Assembly (NCBI GenBank): GCA_963803145.1
Contig: CAWDLW010000012.1
Location: 96,001-160,000, forward strand
Reading direction: 5' to 3'
Source of the DNA: Methanotrichaceae archaeon
GTDB lineage: Archaea > Halobacteriota > Methanosarcinia > Methanotrichales > Methanotrichaceae
Length of the DNA stretch: 64,000 bases
Numbering within the stretch: the first letter of the stretch is position 1; each line of letters begins with the position of its first letter. Below are positions 61,473 to 64,000 of the stretch, piece by piece. The notes under the pieces were generated by a model that saw only the letters and a list, made by a program, of their open reading frames with translations, did no database searches and was not told the DNA's origin. Position numbers and translations under genes: made by a program.

Positions 61473-61517
61473 AAGACTTAGAAAAGCCCTTTATCTATCG
61501 AGATAAATGGTCCTTCT

Positions 61518-62042
61518 ATGATTGAGCTGTCGAGCGATCCTTACGTTTTAAAGCCCAGAATAGCGCCGATAAGTGAGGCCGACTTCAGGCTACACCTGAA
61601 TATAAGTTGGTGTCGCGGTGTTCTCTTCAATGTTGTGGCCCTCAAGAACTCCTTAGCCATAGTGGAATATGATGCACTGCTCTGGTCCGATGACGCGATA
61701 ATGTTTATTGAGTACAAGGACTCTGTCACGGCCTATAAGGGCTTATCCTCTCGTCGCGTCCAGCAGATGAATAGCTTCGCCAAGAATATCGCTCGTGGTC
61801 TTGGCTATAAAAATTATGTGTTTGTGGTAGTTGTAAAAGGGCTAGACGAGGGAACAAATAAGGGTGGTGTAGAAGTGCTTCCTCTTTATTCTCTCGGAAA
61901 TTACCAGCCTAAGTTTTCCTCAACCATCGCAGAGCTTGAGTACCTGGATAAGGTGATAGGAAAATACTCTCGCGATGGCAAAGAGGATGTTGTCAAGGAG
62001 CTTGAAAAGCTGAAAAAGATCTTTGAGATGGAACAGCCCTGA
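61518..62042 (+). CDS. Hypothetical protein, possible PD-(D/E)xK fold
   Basis: EYDAL...FIEYK...QQM. Confidence 0.55.
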   Translation: MIELSSDPYVLKPRIAPISEADFRLHLNISWCRGVLFNVVALKNSLAIVEYDALLWSDDAIMFIEYKDSVTAYKGLSSRRVQQMNSFAKNIARGLGYKNYVFVVVVKGLDEGTNKGGVEVLPLYSLGNYQPKFSSTIAELEYLDKVIGKYSRDGKEDVVKELEKLKKIFEMEQP

Positions 62043-62058
62043 GGGAGATCTGGAGATC

Positions 62059-62910
62059 TTGAGGGGATACGCAACTGTCAATGGCGCTGCAACCATACTA
62101 AACGCTGTCGCCATCTGGAAGGGCTCAGCCTTTGGAATCGATCTCAAGACCTCAGCTGAGGTTGAGCTGAACTCCACGGCTCGCATCAAGGGTGATGTGC
62201 CAGGTGTAGACACGCGGCTTATTGAACGCTCTGTTGAGTTGGTTCTCAAACGATTCGGCAACAGCTATGGAGGGGTTGTTCGCACATGGAGCGAGATTCC
62301 AGTTGCAAGCGGCCTTAAGAGCAGCAGTGCAGCCGCAAATGCAACAGTGCTCGCTACCCTCGATGCGCTGGACGAAGAGATGGACCTGATCGAGGCTGCG
62401 AAGATTGGTGTCCAGGCTGCACGCGATACAGGTGTTACCATAACCGGTGCCCTCGATGACGCGCTTGCATCTATTCTTGGCGGAGTAGTAGTAACTGATA
62501 ACAGAGAGATGGAACTCTTAAAGCGTGAAGAACTTGAGTCGGATGTGTTGCTGCTTGTTCCCAATAGAAAGCTGCTCTCGAAAGACACAGATGTCAAAAG
62601 ATCTAGACTGATTGCGCCCCTTGCCGAGCTGTCTTTTGAATTGGCTATGAAAGGCGACTTTAGCAGAGCCATGACGCTAAATGGGTTCATCTATTGTGGT
62701 GCCCTTGGCCTTTCTGTCGAGCCAATGCTGCTCGCTCTAGAGGCAGGGGCATGGGGTGCGAGCCTTTCAGGCACAGGTCCATCCTACGCAAGCTTGATCG
62801 ATGATGACAAGATCGATATGCTTGAGGCCGTTTGGATGGGTCTGGGCGGAAAAGTGATAAGGACAAAGGTTAATAATCGCAATGGAATTATGGGCAAGGG
62901 GTACGATTGA
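62059..62910 (+). CDS. aroK: Archaeal (GHMP) shikimate kinase
   Basis: IPVASGLKSSSA, TITGALDD, LSGTGP. Confidence 0.92.
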   Translation: MRGYATVNGAATILNAVAIWKGSAFGIDLKTSAEVELNSTARIKGDVPGVDTRLIERSVELVLKRFGNSYGGVVRTWSEIPVASGLKSSSAAANATVLATLDALDEEMDLIEAAKIGVQAARDTGVTITGALDDALASILGGVVVTDNREMELLKREELESDVLLLVPNRKLLSKDTDVKRSRLIAPLAELSFELAMKGDFSRAMTLNGFIYCGALGLSVEPMLLALEAGAWGASLSGTGPSYASLIDDDKIDMLEAVWMGLGGKVIRTKVNNRNGIMGKGYD

Positions 62911-63188
62911 GTCTGCTTGAGCATCGTCAAGAGGTCGCAAAGATCGATGAAAGGATAATAAGGCTGATCCAGCAGCGTGTTGAAATCTCAAAAGAAATTT
63001 TCCTGGCCAAGAAATTAGAGGGCAGAGGGATATATGATCCTGAGCAGGAAAAGCTGGTTTTGACGAGGGCAAATGATATGGCAATAGAGCTTGACCTCGA
63101 TTCGGTCGCAGTAAGGGATATATTCCAGATACTGATTAGGATGAGCCTCCAGAAACAGCATGAGCTACAGGGAGATGAGCAGGAGTAA
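62907..63188 (+). CDS. Chorismate mutase (AroQ type)
   Basis: [15 protein letters not shown]...K; follows aroK. Confidence 0.85.
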   Translation: MSLLEHRQEVAKIDERIIRLIQQRVEISKEIFLAKKLEGRGIYDPEQEKLVLTRANDMAIELDLDSVAVRDIFQILIRMSLQKQHELQGDEQE

Positions 63189-63190
63189 CA

Positions 63191-63580
63191 ATGCCGGATA
63201 TAGCTGTTATCTCAGGATCCAAATCAGATCAGGAGATTGTAGATAAAATACTGCGTAGGCTTGAGGAAAAGGGCGCGAGCTACGAGCATAAAATACTATC
63301 AGCTCACAGGAATCCTAAGGAGCTGGAGCAGTATATAACCGAGTGCAATGCTAGAGTCTTCATCGGCGTGGCCGGCCTATCTGCAGCACTTCCTGGCTAT
63401 ATCGCCTCAAGAACAACGCGTCCTGTCATCGGCGTGCCGGTGAGCGCCAAGTTGGGAGGGCTCGATGCACTTCTATCAATAGTCCAGATGCCGCCGGGTG
63501 TGCCTGTTGCCTGCGTGGGGATCGATTCGGGAGAAAATGCGGCTCTTTTCGCGCTACGAATACTGGAGGCCGGTAGATAG
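63191..63580 (+). CDS. purE: PurE (N5-CAIR mutase)
   Basis: [24 protein letters not shown]. Confidence 0.93.
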   Translation: MPDIAVISGSKSDQEIVDKILRRLEEKGASYEHKILSAHRNPKELEQYITECNARVFIGVAGLSAALPGYIASRTTRPVIGVPVSAKLGGLDALLSIVQMPPGVPVACVGIDSGENAALFALRILEAGR

Positions 63581-63645
63581 CTATTGATAGGAAGATAGCT
63601 ATTTATACAATGTCTGTGTGATAGAGCGTCCAAAGGTGGGATAGG

Positions 63646-64000
63646 ATGTACAAGCGGATTTTGATCGCCACTGATGGCTCAGATAAGTCAAAGAAGGCTG
63701 CTCAGGATGCTTTTGAAATGGCTAAGTCCTTGGGCGCATCCGTAATAGCGCTTTACGTAGTAAATGAAGTTGTAATTGCAAGCGCAGTCAGACAGCTTGG
63801 GGCAGATAGAAAAGAGGTTGAGAGCAAGCTCTCTGCCACTGGCGAGAAGGCAGTCGAATCCCTAAAGAAGATGGGCGACGATGCGGGTGTTGCAGTGGAT
63901 ACCATTGTGAGGATCGGCGTTCCTGCCAATGATATCATAGATGTATCCGGAGCGGAGAAGGCTGATCTGATCGTCATGGGAAGCCATGGCGAGTCAGGGG
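63646..64000 (+). CDS. Universal stress protein (runs off window end)
   Basis: MYKRILIATDGS...ADLIVMGSHG. Confidence 0.92.
   Translation, partial: MYKRILIATDGSDKSKKAAQDAFEMAKSLGASVIALYVVNEVVIASAVRQLGADRKEVESKLSATGEKAVESLKKMGDDAGVAVDTIVRIGVPANDIIDVSGAEKADLIVMGSHGESG

Overview
Archaeal chromosomal window, most likely a Methanothrix/Methanotrichaceae methanogen. This is inferred from the DUF1699 paralogs, acylphosphatase-coiled-coil paralogs, archaeal shikimate kinase, PycB and TATA-box promoters. 1-6 kb is a patchwork island of type II toxin-antitoxin cassettes and acylphosphatase-like paralogs, separated by a recurring repeat partly derived from IS200/IS605 tnpA. 6-24 kb holds a large PAS histidine kinase/response regulator/wHTH operon, intact IS256 and IS630 elements, a bacterial-type SpeA and secreted proteins. 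24.4-40.2 kb is a type I-A-like CRISPR-Cas locus: a 19-repeat array, csa1/cas4/cas2/cas1, cas3 with C-terminal HD, cas8, cas7, cas5 and cas6, interleaved with TA genes. 40-64 kb is mostly housekeeping (gdhA, tusA-dsrE-iscS-iscU, rubredoxin, ferritin, TPS/TPP, argB, pycB, aroK, chorismate mutase, purE). The strongest unexpected signals are two repeat-based regulatory devices in the Cas locus. (1) The start codon of cas6 lies inside a 24-nt exact copy of the CRISPR repeat hairpin and predicted cleavage site, so Cas6 could cut its own mRNA. (2) A solitary repeat-spacer-repeat mini-array upstream of cas3 carries a 27-nt guide that partially matches, next to a CCT motif, the promoter/start of an unannotated 49-aa ORF (CreA/CreP/CreR-like). 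Also notable are a probable hidden internal cas11 start, an IscS lacking the PLP lysine, and inverted repeats bracketing the interference module.
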